A stretch of DNA of 64,000 nucleotides from Candidatus Aceula meridiana. GTDB taxonomy: Bacteria; Omnitrophota; Gorgyraeia; Zapsychrales; Aceulaceae. The notes beneath the pieces were generated by a model. The model was given only the letters and a program-made list of their open reading frames with translations. It did no database searches and was not told the DNA's origin. Position numbers and translations under genes: made by a program. This document shows positions 9,782 to 19,733 of the stretch, one piece after another (positions within the stretch are counted from its first letter, which is position 1; every line of letters starts with the position of its first letter). Location of the stretch: the NCBI GenBank assembly GCA_030765185.1, contig JAVCDE010000003.1, positions 38 to 64,037 of the forward strand, read 5' to 3'.

Positions 9782-10168
9782 ATGTTTACATTCGTTTTAG
9801 TTATTCACGTTATTGTTTGTATAGTTCTTGTTTTTATTGTCCTGATGCAATCAGGGCGTGGAGGAGGCTTAACCGATAATTTTTCTGCTGCGGAGTCAAT
9901 GTTTGGCGCAAAGACCAATACTGTTTTAGTTCGTGCAACAACGACTTTGGCGTTTATTTTTCTTGTGACATCACTTAGCTTGGCCTATTTGTCGTCACAA
10001 AAAGAGAAGTCATTGCTGATGAATACGTCTCAGAAAGCTGAGGAAAAAACTTTTGACCCAGATAAGCTTTTTGACGAGGCCGAAAATGTAGAGAAAATAG
10101 AGATTAACACACAAGGGGCAAACACGCAAGAGGCAGCGCAACCAGTTGAAGCACCGACACAAAACTAA
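9782..10168 (+). CDS. secG: preprotein translocase subunit SecG
   Basis: Two TM helices with LMQSGRGGGL linker; follows tpiA. Confidence 0.9.
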   Translation: MFTFVLVIHVIVCIVLVFIVLMQSGRGGGLTDNFSAAESMFGAKTNTVLVRATTTLAFIFLVTSLSLAYLSSQKEKSLLMNTSQKAEEKTFDPDKLFDEAENVEKIEINTQGANTQEAAQPVEAPTQN

Positions 10169-11903
10169 TTCATATTTTTTCTTACCTATTTTCGCAAAAA
10201 AGCTACTAATTTTTTTAGTAGCTTTTTTGTGGGTGAGTCTCCGTGCGGTTGCTGCTGAGGATACAAATAAATACGGGGGCCAGCTTGTTTATGCCACGTC
10301 CTCTGATCCGCGCTCGTTTAATCCTGTTGTGGCCAAAGAAACTTCAACGACAGCGATTACCGGATACCTTTTTGAGGGCCTGACACGCACCAATGGTGAG
10401 ACTCTTAAAGTTGAACCTAATCTTGCCTACAAGTGGGATGTCAGCGTTGACGGGCTTTCGTGGACATTTTATATCCGCAAAGATATTGTTTGGTCTGATG
10501 GAGCACCTTTTACCGCTGATGATGTTCTTTTTACTTTCAACGATTTAATTTACAACAAAGATATTCCGAGTTCATCGCGTGATATTTTTACGATTGATGG
10601 AAAAGAATTTATTGTTAAGAAGATTGATGATTACACGGTTCGTTTTGATCTTCCGATGAAGTTTGCGCCTTTTTTACGCTCTATGGGAACGGGAATTATG
10701 CCTAAGCACAAACTTCACGAGTCCGTTAAGAACAATACTTTTAATTTTACCTGGGGCATCGATACGCCCGTCAGCGAGATTGTGGGAACAGGACCTTATC
10801 TAATTGATCTTTATCAGCCCGGACAGCGAATTGTGATGAAGGCAAATCCTTTGTATTGGCGTAAGTCTGAACAAGGCGAGAAGCTTCCTTTTATTGAAAA
10901 GATTATTTATCTGGTTGTCCAGAGTCCTGATATTGCTCTTTTAAAGTTTTTAGAGGGTGAGGTTGATTCAGTGGGCGTACGTGGGACAGATTACGCTATC
11001 CTAAAACCAATGGAGGAGAAAAGAAATTTTAAAATTTATGATATGGGCCCGGGTTTAAGCAGCAATTTTATTGTTTTTAATTTGAATACACGCAAGAATC
11101 CTAAAACAGGAAAACCTTTTGTTGACCCTATTAAACTTTCGTGGTTTCAGAACAAAGAGTTCAGGCGGGCTGTCGCGCACGCGATTGATAAAAAACGTAT
11201 TATTGAGATTACTATGAATGGCCTTGGATATCCGCAGAATGCCGCGGTTAATCCGACGGTAGAGGTTTTTCATAACCCGGACGTTATTAAGTATGAATAT
11301 GACCTTGATAAAGCAAGGCGAATTTTAGCCAAAGCAGGATTTTTAGATAGAAACGCTGACGGAGTTATTGAAGATAAAAACGGCAACAAGGTGGAATTTA
11401 ATCTTTTTACAAATGCTAATTCTCAAGAGCGAATTCAAATGGCAGCGATTATTCGTCATGATTTAGAGCAGTTGGGGATGAAGGTGAATTTCTTACCATT
11501 AGAGTTTAATAATCTTGTTTCTAAGCTCGTTGGTGCTTATGACTGGGATGCTATGATTATTGGCTTAACCGGAGGCATTGAGCCACATTTTGGAAAGAAT
11601 GTTTGGGTTTCAGATGGCCAACTCCATTTTTGGAATCCAGGCCAAGAAAGCCCGCAAACAGAATGGGAAAAAAGTATTGATGAGATTTTTACGGAAGCCG
11701 TACAGATCCTTGATGACCGTGACCGTGCGCCTTATTATCGCCGCTGGCAGGCAATTGTCGCTGAGGAGCTTCCTTTAATTTATACTGTTTTTAATGCCAA
11801 CCTTGTCGCTGTGCGAAATAAATTTGAGAATCTAAACCCCACGATTCACGGGGGAGTATTTAACGAACTTGAACAAATCTATATCAAACAACAATATCGC
11901 TGA
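10146..11903 (+). CDS. peptide/nickel ABC transporter substrate-binding protein (SBP family 5); start uncertain
   Basis: DPRSFNP, LFEGL, WSDGAPFTADDVLFT, GTGPY, FRRAVAHAID. Confidence 0.92.
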   Translation: MKHRHKTNSYFFLPIFAKKLLIFLVAFLWVSLRAVAAEDTNKYGGQLVYATSSDPRSFNPVVAKETSTTAITGYLFEGLTRTNGETLKVEPNLAYKWDVSVDGLSWTFYIRKDIVWSDGAPFTADDVLFTFNDLIYNKDIPSSSRDIFTIDGKEFIVKKIDDYTVRFDLPMKFAPFLRSMGTGIMPKHKLHESVKNNTFNFTWGIDTPVSEIVGTGPYLIDLYQPGQRIVMKANPLYWRKSEQGEKLPFIEKIIYLVVQSPDIALLKFLEGEVDSVGVRGTDYAILKPMEEKRNFKIYDMGPGLSSNFIVFNLNTRKNPKTGKPFVDPIKLSWFQNKEFRRAVAHAIDKKRIIEITMNGLGYPQNAAVNPTVEVFHNPDVIKYEYDLDKARRILAKAGFLDRNADGVIEDKNGNKVEFNLFTNANSQERIQMAAIIRHDLEQLGMKVNFLPLEFNNLVSKLVGAYDWDAMIIGLTGGIEPHFGKNVWVSDGQLHFWNPGQESPQTEWEKSIDEIFTEAVQILDDRDRAPYYRRWQAIVAEELPLIYTVFNANLVAVRNKFENLNPTIHGGVFNELEQIYIKQQYR

Positions 11904-11905
11904 TT

Positions 11906-12871
11906 ATGTTTCGCTATATTATTAAAAGAATTCTAATTTCTATTCCGCTTCTTTTAGGGATTTCTCTTTTTACGTTTGTTCTTATTCAGCTAACGCCGGG
12001 AAACTTCTTTGACACTTTAAAACTTGATCCTCAAGTTTCCTCTGAAACCATTGCCCATTACGAGAAACTTTACAACTTAGATAAACCGTTATTGCAGCAG
12101 TATGGCTATTGGCTTAAAAATGTTCTTCAGCTTAATTTTGGATATTCTTTCTACTACAACTGCCCTGTCGTCAAAATTATTAAAAGTCGTCTTCTTAATA
12201 CGTTTATCCTTTCGTTTTCGGGCATGTTGCTCACATGGCTTGTAGCCATCCCCTTAGGAATCGTTATGGCTATTAACCGTAATCGATTTTGGGATAGATT
12301 TTTATCTTTTGGTGCTTTTATCTTTCTTTCGATTCCGGGTTTCTTTTTAGCGATTTTACTTTTGTATTTTGCTTCGCATTATGGAGGGCTTCCCTTGGGA
12401 GGGATGCAGAGCGTTAATTTTGATAATTTTAATATTTTTGAAAAGATTATTGATGTTTTGCGACATCTCGTTATTCCGACCATTGTTATTTCTGTCGGCG
12501 CGATTGCTGGTTTGCAGAGAATTATGCGTGGCAATCTTTTAGAGGTTTTGCGTCAGCAATATATTTTGGCGGCACGTGCTAAGGGCCTGCCAGAAAACAA
12601 AGTGCTTTATAAGCACGCCCTTCGAAACGCAATCAATCCCATGATTACTCTTTTGGGATATCATCTTTCCGGGCTTTTAAGCGGGGCAGCTATCGTCGAG
12701 ATTATCTGTAATTGGCCGGGCATTGGTACGGTTATGTTAACTGCCGTCCGCGCTAAGGACCTTTACCTTGTCATGGCGAGTATGCTCATGGGAGGGGTGT
12801 TACTATTTTTAGGAAATCTTTTAGCCGACATCATGTTGGCTTGGGTAGACCCACGGATTCGCTATGACTAA
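11906..12871 (+). CDS. peptide ABC transporter permease (OppB/DppB)
   Basis: YILAARAKGL...HALRNA, WPGIG, DPRIR. Confidence 0.93.
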   Translation: MFRYIIKRILISIPLLLGISLFTFVLIQLTPGNFFDTLKLDPQVSSETIAHYEKLYNLDKPLLQQYGYWLKNVLQLNFGYSFYYNCPVVKIIKSRLLNTFILSFSGMLLTWLVAIPLGIVMAINRNRFWDRFLSFGAFIFLSIPGFFLAILLLYFASHYGGLPLGGMQSVNFDNFNIFEKIIDVLRHLVIPTIVISVGAIAGLQRIMRGNLLEVLRQQYILAARAKGLPENKVLYKHALRNAINPMITLLGYHLSGLLSGAAIVEIICNWPGIGTVMLTAVRAKDLYLVMASMLMGGVLLFLGNLLADIMLAWVDPRIRYD

Positions 12872-13964
12872 GAATGGAGAAAGTTTAAGTCAACTTCAAA
12901 TGGCTATGGCCACATTCAGAAAGAATGGTTTGGCTATGGGCTGTGTTACGATTCTTGCGATTTTATATTTTAGTGCTATTTTTGCAGATTTTTTGTCTCC
13001 GTATCTTTACGACAACGAGGACCGCAACTATTCCTATTGTCCGCCTATGAAAATTCATTTTATTGGCGAGAATGGAAAAATAGAGCGTCCTTTTGTATAT
13101 CGAATGTATTTTTCTTTTGATGAATTCCATAAAAGAATATACAAAGAAGATAAAACGCAGAAATATCCTTTAGGGTTATTTGTTAAGGGCAAGCCGTATC
13201 GATTCTTAGGCTTTATTCCTTTTGACCGCCATTTGTTTGGCGCTCAGAACGGAGGACGCATTCATCTTTGGGGAGCGGATTCCCGAGGGAGAGATCTTTT
13301 CTCTAGACTTTTGTGGGGAGGACGTGTTTCACTCTCGATAGGGCTTATTGGCGTTACGATTTCTTTTTTCTTTGGTCTTTTGATAGGAGGCATTTCCGGT
13401 TATTACGGTGGAAAGACTGACAATATTATTATGCGTATTTGTGAGATGATTATGATGATCCCATCTTTTTATCTCATGTTAGCTTTGATGGCAACCTTGC
13501 CACCGGGATTAAATTCCATCAAGCGGTATATGCTGATGGTAGCTATCTTTTCTTTTATCGGTTGGGCTTCTTTGGCACGCGTTATCCGCGGCATGGCTAT
13601 GTCATTAAAGTCAAGAGAGTATGTTTTAGCAGCCAAGGCTATGGGCGTTTCGGATATACGCATTATTTTTACACATATTCTGCCGCATACGATGTCGTAT
13701 TCAATTATTGCGGTTATGCAGTCTGTTCCAGGATACATTATCGCTGAGAGTGGTCTAAGTCTTTTTGGTCTGGGAATTCAAGATCCGTATGCCAGTTGGG
13801 GTAATTTACTTTCTGAGGCGATGGGCATTATTCAGATTACATTTGCTCCGTGGATTCTTTTGCCAGGTTTTTTTATTTTCTTAACAATTATTTGTTTTAA
13901 TATTATTGGGGATGCCTTGCGCGATGCCTTAGATCCTACGCTCAAAGCAGAGGGACGAACATAG
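12864..13964 (+). CDS. peptide ABC transporter permease (OppC/DppC)
   Basis: WGADSRGRDLFSRL, REYVLAAKAMG, HILP, SWG, GDALRDALDP. Confidence 0.93.
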   Translation: MTKNGESLSQLQMAMATFRKNGLAMGCVTILAILYFSAIFADFLSPYLYDNEDRNYSYCPPMKIHFIGENGKIERPFVYRMYFSFDEFHKRIYKEDKTQKYPLGLFVKGKPYRFLGFIPFDRHLFGAQNGGRIHLWGADSRGRDLFSRLLWGGRVSLSIGLIGVTISFFFGLLIGGISGYYGGKTDNIIMRICEMIMMIPSFYLMLALMATLPPGLNSIKRYMLMVAIFSFIGWASLARVIRGMAMSLKSREYVLAAKAMGVSDIRIIFTHILPHTMSYSIIAVMQSVPGYIIAESGLSLFGLGIQDPYASWGNLLSEAMGIIQITFAPWILLPGFFIFLTIICFNIIGDALRDALDPTLKAEGRT

Positions 13965-14747
13965 ATGAAAAATATTCTTTCTGTTAATAATTTAACAATT
14001 CAGATCCTTGGGAGTCAAGGCTTTCAGCCGCTTGTTTCTAATATTAATCTTACGCTGCGAGAGCTTGAGGTCGTTGCTTTGGTGGGAGGCTCTGGCGGTG
14101 GAAAGACAAGCATCGGGTTTTCCCTTTTGCAGCTTTTGCCCATGGCCATGAAAATTACGCAAGGAGAAATTCTTTTTGAAGGCAGAAACCTTTTGGACCT
14201 AACGAATAAACAAATGCAAAGTGTTCGTGGCGGAAAGATTGGGATGGTTTTTCAAGAACCATTAAGTGCGTTTAATCCGGTTTTTAAAGTTGGCAATCAG
14301 ATTGCAGAAGTTTTAAAATATCATACAAATTTAAGCGCGGGCAAAATCAAGAATAAAGTTCATGAGCTCTTGGATGTTGTTGAGGTTCCTGATCCAAAGC
14401 GCGTGGCTCAATATTATCCACACCAGCTAAGCGGAGGTTTGCGTCAACGGGCGATGATTGCTCAAGCGATTGCTGCTTCGCCAAAAGTAATCATTGCTGA
14501 TGAACCAACTAGCAATCTAGATGTCACCATTCAGGCAAAAATTTTAGAGCTTTTTAAGAAGCTAAAGAAGGAGCTTAATGTTTCGCTTCTTCTCATTACG
14601 CATGATTTAGGCGTTGTCCGTTTCTTAGCAGACCGTGTTTTTGTACTACATGGTGGACGTATTGTCGAGGAAGGAAAGGCAGAAGAAATTTTTAATAATC
14701 CTAAGGATGAATTTACAAAAACTCTCATAAAGGTAATCGAAGACTAA
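13965..14747 (+). CDS. peptide ABC transporter ATP-binding protein (OppD-like)
   Basis: GGSGGGKT, YPHQLSGG, IADEPT, LITHD. Confidence 0.92.
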   Translation: MKNILSVNNLTIQILGSQGFQPLVSNINLTLRELEVVALVGGSGGGKTSIGFSLLQLLPMAMKITQGEILFEGRNLLDLTNKQMQSVRGGKIGMVFQEPLSAFNPVFKVGNQIAEVLKYHTNLSAGKIKNKVHELLDVVEVPDPKRVAQYYPHQLSGGLRQRAMIAQAIAASPKVIIADEPTSNLDVTIQAKILELFKKLKKELNVSLLLITHDLGVVRFLADRVFVLHGGRIVEEGKAEEIFNNPKDEFTKTLIKVIED

Positions 14748-15611
14748 ATGCTTTTAGAATTAAAAAACATCAAGAAATATTTTCCAAGCCATATTGGTTT
14801 TTTTGGTAAGGTTTCAAGTTTTGTTAAGGCAGCTGACGGCGTTGATTTGACTATTGTCGAAGGAGAAAATTTTGGCCTTGTTGGAGAATCTGGTTGCGGT
14901 AAAACGACTTTAGGTCGCCTAGCAATAAAGCTTTTATTGTGCGATTCCGGGGAGATTATTTTTAAAGGAAGAAATATTGCGAATCTTTCGGCGAAAAAAA
15001 TGCGTGTTTTTCGCCAAGACATCCAGATGGTTTTTCAGGATCCCTTTACCAGCTTAGACCCACGCTTTACTGTGCGTAATATTCTTTCTGAGGCAATGCA
15101 ATTTCAAAAAGAAAGCTTGGTTAAGAAAGAAGAAAGAATGAAAGAGCTTCTTCTTGCGGTTAGGCTCCCGGCTGATATTTTAGGCCGGTTTCCGCATGAG
15201 TTTAGCGGAGGAGAGCGTCAACGGATTGCCATCGCGCGTGCGCTTTCCATGAATCCAAAACTTCTTATTTTAGATGAAGCGGTTTCGTCTTTAGATGTGC
15301 TGGTTCAGGAAGAAATTTTAAATTTACTTTTAGATTTACAACAAAAATTTAATGTGACATACTTTTTTATATCGCACAATTTACGCGTTGTTAAGAAAAT
15401 TTGTCATAAGGTTGCGGTTATGCTTAATGGAAGAATTGTTGAGAGAGGTCCTTGCGGAGAGATTTTCAGTAATCCTTTGCATCCTTATACTAAACAGCTT
15501 TTAAGTGCTGCGATAGAATATAAGGTAGCGTCAAATCAAAAAAATATTGTTCTAAAGGAAAATGCAAAACTTATAGATCAGGGAGGAGGGCATTTTGTCC
15601 TTGAAAATTGA
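14748..15611 (+). CDS. peptide ABC transporter ATP-binding protein (OppF-like)
   Basis: GESGCGKT, FPHEFSGGERQR, HPYT. Confidence 0.92.
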   Translation: MLLELKNIKKYFPSHIGFFGKVSSFVKAADGVDLTIVEGENFGLVGESGCGKTTLGRLAIKLLLCDSGEIIFKGRNIANLSAKKMRVFRQDIQMVFQDPFTSLDPRFTVRNILSEAMQFQKESLVKKEERMKELLLAVRLPADILGRFPHEFSGGERQRIAIARALSMNPKLLILDEAVSSLDVLVQEEILNLLLDLQQKFNVTYFFISHNLRVVKKICHKVAVMLNGRIVERGPCGEIFSNPLHPYTKQLLSAAIEYKVASNQKNIVLKENAKLIDQGGGHFVLEN

Positions 15612-17916
15612 ACTGAAGCCTAAGATTTTAAAAAAAATAGATTATTTTGTTGGGATGCTCGCCATTGGAATTCTGGCGGGGCTTATTATTTTTTTGTGCA
15701 ATAGCGAAGTCGGTGCTTTTGATATTTGGTTGCATCTTAAAACCGGTGAGTTTATTGCTCAGCATAATTATATTCCAACGGTCGACATTTTTTCGTGTGC
15801 TGTTGGTGGCAATGTGTGGAACAATCACGAGTGGCTTTTTCAGCTGCTTGCACATTTTGTCTTTTCGGCCTTTAGCTATGATGGCCTCATTACAATGCAA
15901 GCAAGTGTCATTGCATTAACCATGCTTCTTCTTCTTTTCCTAGGGGATATCCGCGACAAGCAGCTTGGAACGGCGGTATTGTTACTTTGCGTTATGATGG
16001 TTTACCGAACCCGCTTTAATATTCGCCCTGATATTTTTAGCCTCCTTTTCTTTACTAGTTATATTTATATTTTATCGCTTTATATCGACCGGCGCTGGTC
16101 TCTTTTTGCCTTAGGATTTATTCAAGTCCTCTGGGTCAATACGCACGGATTTTTTATTTTTGGCCCCTTATTCATTTCTATAGGTTTGTTATCAGAGTTT
16201 TTAAAAAGACGAGTTAGATTGCCTTGGGAATGGAACAAGGTGGGGCGCCTAGAGGATAAAGAGTATTTTCATCTTAAAATTGCCTTGGGTGTGACTCTTT
16301 TGGCTTGTTTGTGCAATCCCCAATTTTTGCGAGGAGCTTTTTATCCTTTTCAAGTTTTGTTTCAGCTGGCAGGAGAATCAAGAGTATTTTTTAGCTACAT
16401 TATTGAGCTTAGAAAACCGATCTTGTGGAGCAACCTTTTTTCTACAAATCAGGGTTATTTTAAGGCGCTTATTATAATTTCTTTTTACAGTTTTATTGTT
16501 AATCGACGGAAGGTTGATATTTCTGCGCTTTTTCTTTGGGTCTTTTTCTTGATCCTTTCGCTACAGGCGTTGCGCAATATGGTCTTTTTTGCTTTTGTGG
16601 CATATTTTGTTTGTTTTGCTAATTTTTCACAAGTCAAACTGAAAGATGTTTTACCCATTTCTTTTAAGAGCGAAAAATTTCGTCTTTTGACAATGATACT
16701 ATTAAAGGTTTTATTAATCGCGTGGATTTTTCGTTTTGGAGATTCTATCTCTAGATCAGCGTATTATGATTTTGATAAATATGAGATGAAAAGTAGCTGG
16801 GGAGGGGTAAGCCTTCGCCGCTATCCTGAAAAGGCTGCTGATTTTATTCTTAAGAGCGGTATTAGCGGAAATCTGTTTAATGACTTTAACTCTGGAGCTT
16901 ATTTGATTGGTCGGTGTTTTCCTCAGGTTAAGGTGTTTATTGATGGTCGGACGGAGCTCTACGGGCCGGAATTTTTCAAGATTTATAAAAAAGTCTGGGA
17001 ATCAGGAAGTGATGAGTTGAGGGAAGAGGCTCTTGAAAAATATAAAATTACTGCAGCTTTTTTAAATTCGACAGATAAAAAGATTTCGAAAAGTCTTCTA
17101 ACATTTTTTTATGAAAATGAGCAATGGATTCCGGTCTATTTAAATTATGATGGGATGATTTTCCTAAAGGACATTTCTAAGAATCAAGAAATTATTAAAG
17201 AGCATCGATTAGATAGAAAAGGGTATCGATTTAAGAATATTGATTTAAACCGCATTGGCCCCAGAAAAGTTCCGCCATTTAAGCAAATTAAACGTGCGTA
17301 TACTCTGCAGTCTCTTGACTTAAAAGAAGAAGCGTTAGGTCAAGTTGAGGAAGGTTTGCTGATTTCTCCTGGACATTCAGATTTTTATTACTTGCTAGGT
17401 CGATTTTATTTCGAGGACAAGAGCTATGAAGAAGCTTTTGAGAATTTTCGTATTGCGACAATGATTACGCCGAGCGATTCGGAATTTAGATTTTATTTAG
17501 CTCTTTCTTATGCCGAGATTAATGATTATGAGAACGCTATTAAGCAATTTGAGTCTTTGATTAAGAATGGTGTCAAGAAGGCAAAGGTATTTGCTGCTTT
17601 GGCTAATACGTATGTTCTTGATAACCAGTATGACAAGGCGCTTGAATTTGCACAAAAGGCTTTGGACGTTAATCCGATGTATACTAAAATTTTAAAAGTT
17701 GCGGATACATTTTTTGATAAAGAAGAATTTATTTTAGCTCAAAAAATATGCCTAATGACTTTGAAGGTAAATCCTCGGTTAAGTGATGCGTATTATAAGA
17801 TAGGGCTTTGCCATCAAAAACTTAAGAATAAAGCTGCAGCTAATGAGGTTTTTAGAAGAGGGTTAAAGATTGATCCGACTAATGAGGAAATTAAAAAGCA
17901 ATTAAAGATCAAATAA
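15595..17916 (+). CDS. multi-TM membrane protein with C-terminal TPR repeats (GT-C-like)
   Basis: DIWLHLKTG, NHEWLFQ, RPDIFS, WVNTHG, FIDGRTELY, then several TPR-like helical repeats. Confidence 0.75.
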   Translation: MSLKIELKPKILKKIDYFVGMLAIGILAGLIIFLCNSEVGAFDIWLHLKTGEFIAQHNYIPTVDIFSCAVGGNVWNNHEWLFQLLAHFVFSAFSYDGLITMQASVIALTMLLLLFLGDIRDKQLGTAVLLLCVMMVYRTRFNIRPDIFSLLFFTSYIYILSLYIDRRWSLFALGFIQVLWVNTHGFFIFGPLFISIGLLSEFLKRRVRLPWEWNKVGRLEDKEYFHLKIALGVTLLACLCNPQFLRGAFYPFQVLFQLAGESRVFFSYIIELRKPILWSNLFSTNQGYFKALIIISFYSFIVNRRKVDISALFLWVFFLILSLQALRNMVFFAFVAYFVCFANFSQVKLKDVLPISFKSEKFRLLTMILLKVLLIAWIFRFGDSISRSAYYDFDKYEMKSSWGGVSLRRYPEKAADFILKSGISGNLFNDFNSGAYLIGRCFPQVKVFIDGRTELYGPEFFKIYKKVWESGSDELREEALEKYKITAAFLNSTDKKISKSLLTFFYENEQWIPVYLNYDGMIFLKDISKNQEIIKEHRLDRKGYRFKNIDLNRIGPRKVPPFKQIKRAYTLQSLDLKEEALGQVEEGLLISPGHSDFYYLLGRFYFEDKSYEEAFENFRIATMITPSDSEFRFYLALSYAEINDYENAIKQFESLIKNGVKKAKVFAALANTYVLDNQYDKALEFAQKALDVNPMYTKILKVADTFFDKEEFILAQKICLMTLKVNPRLSDAYYKIGLCHQKLKNKAAANEVFRRGLKIDPTNEEIKKQLKIK

Positions 17917-18002
17917 AAAGCATTAATCTCTCGCAGGAATTCTCGGGTCTTAGTTAGGTGTTGGTTTCTTTCGGAGGGAGCCTTGTTTTTTGGAGGCTCC
18001 AC

Positions 18003-18031
18003 TTGCAAAAAAAGGTACCGTTAAGTATAAT
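18003..18031 (+). promoter_or_regulatory. sigma70 promoter of glgC
   Basis: TTGCAA-17-TATAAT. Confidence 0.65.
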
Positions 18032-18069
18032 AAATTATTATTTAAAACGAATTTGAAAGAGGAAAAAAT

Positions 18070-19290
18070 ATGCGTGATATCTTAACATTTATTTTAGCCG
18101 GTGGAAAAGGAGAAAGACTGGATCCTTTAACTCGCGATCGCGCCAAGCCTGCTGTGCCTTTTGGTGGGATTTATCGGATTATTGATTTTACTTTGAGTAA
18201 TTGTATCAACTCAGGCCTACGTCGTATTTTTGTCCTCATCCAATATAAATCATTTTCTTTGCAAAAACATCTTTTAGCAGGGTGGGATGTTTTTTCAAGC
18301 CAGCTAGGAGAATTTATTGATGTTATTCCGCCTCAGCAGAGAGTAGGGTCCGACTGGTACCAGGGAACGGCGGATGCAATTTATCAAAATATTTATGCTA
18401 TTAAAGATTATAATCCGAAGAAAGTTTTGATTCTTTCCGGTGATCATGTTTATCGCATGGATTATGGCCGTGTTTTAAAATTTCATAATGATAAGAAAGC
18501 AGATGCTGTTGTCTGTTGCGTTAAAATGCCCAAAAGTTCTTCGATTCACTTTGGTGTCATAGAGGTAGACGCAAAAGGGCGCATTTGTGGATTTCAAGAA
18601 AAACCAGAAACGCCTAAGACTATCCCAGGAGACCCTAAGAGTATTTTTGCATCCATGGGTGTTTATCTTTTTGATAGAGAACCGCTTTTGAACGTTCTGA
18701 ATGAAGATTCCAAAGACGGAGCTTCGGCGCATGATTTTGGGAAAGATATTATTCCTAAAATGATTAAAGAAAAGCAGAAAGTTTATGCATATAATTTTTC
18801 TGATGAGAACGGCAAATCCCGCTATTGGCGCGATATTGGAACGCGAGACTCTTATTATGAGGCGAACATGGATTTGCTTAAGCATAGGTCGAATTTTGAT
18901 ATCTTTCGGAAAGCTTGGCCTGTGCGAACCTACCACGAGCAGTATCCTCCAATTAAAGTCTTAGATGACGGCATCGGCAAAGCTGCAAAGTCGCCTCTCA
19001 TTGTCGATTCTTTTATTTCCGGCGGGTGCGTGATCAAAGGAGCTAAAATTAAAAAGTCTGTTTTGTCTCCCAATGTGCACATCGAAAGCAACGCTGATGT
19101 GAGTGGCTCGATTTTCTTAGGAAGTTGTGTAGTGGGGAAAGGAGCAAGGATTAAGAATGCTATCATTGACAAGGAAGTTAATATCCCCCCTAAAACTGAG
19201 ATTGGCTATAATCTAGAATCTGACCGTGAGCGTTTTGCTGTAACCACATCTGGAATTGTCATTGTTCCTAAAAAAGCTTCATTTAAATAA
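18070..19290 (+). CDS. glgC: glucose-1-phosphate adenylyltransferase
   Basis: LAGGKGERLDPLTRDRAKPAVPFGG, WYQGTADA, SGDH, DFGKDIIP, YWRDIGT. Confidence 0.96.
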   Translation: MRDILTFILAGGKGERLDPLTRDRAKPAVPFGGIYRIIDFTLSNCINSGLRRIFVLIQYKSFSLQKHLLAGWDVFSSQLGEFIDVIPPQQRVGSDWYQGTADAIYQNIYAIKDYNPKKVLILSGDHVYRMDYGRVLKFHNDKKADAVVCCVKMPKSSSIHFGVIEVDAKGRICGFQEKPETPKTIPGDPKSIFASMGVYLFDREPLLNVLNEDSKDGASAHDFGKDIIPKMIKEKQKVYAYNFSDENGKSRYWRDIGTRDSYYEANMDLLKHRSNFDIFRKAWPVRTYHEQYPPIKVLDDGIGKAAKSPLIVDSFISGGCVIKGAKIKKSVLSPNVHIESNADVSGSIFLGSCVVGKGARIKNAIIDKEVNIPPKTEIGYNLESDRERFAVTTSGIVIVPKKASFK

Positions 19291-19307
19291 AGTTTAATAG
19301 AAAAAGG

Positions 19308-19343
19308 AAAAGGGCCGCAAAAATATTTTTGCGGCCCTTTTGT
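19308..19343. terminator. bidirectional terminator-like perfect palindrome, copy 1
   Basis: AAAAGGGCCGCAAAAAT|ATTTTTGCGGCCCTTTT plus GT; identical to 25204-25239. Confidence 0.8.
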
Positions 19344-19667
19344 ATTATTACAATTAATTATTTTTTGTCTTTTAGTCTGTCCCACCTTGAGGGTGTGAAC
19401 ATTGGGTTTATAGTCGATTCAGCCCGCAGGGTTATTGTCTTTTTTTTGCACAAAAGACCAGAATACATGATTTTTTAAGAAAAAAAATAAAATCAGAACT
19501 GCCTTCCACTAAAATTCTTTAGGAAAGGTGCGTACTCTGACTTCCTTAAAGTTCTTAATTAAGAAAAAGTCAATAAACGCGGTTTTTCTTGTCACTTGCC
19601 TCGTGCGGACTTGTATCTTTTTTGAGAAAGCGTTTCCCCAGAACCCTCCAAAACCCCTTATATTTGA

Positions 19668-19689
19668 ATATATATAGTTTATACTTTTA
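19668..19689 (+). promoter_or_regulatory. putative -10/regulatory motif shared with 41009-41030
   Basis: ATATATATAGTTTATACTTTTA, containing TATACT. Confidence 0.5.
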
Positions 19690-19733
19690 TAGTCAGGATA
19701 GAGGCTATAGATACATATACGAAGAAGGGGAAC

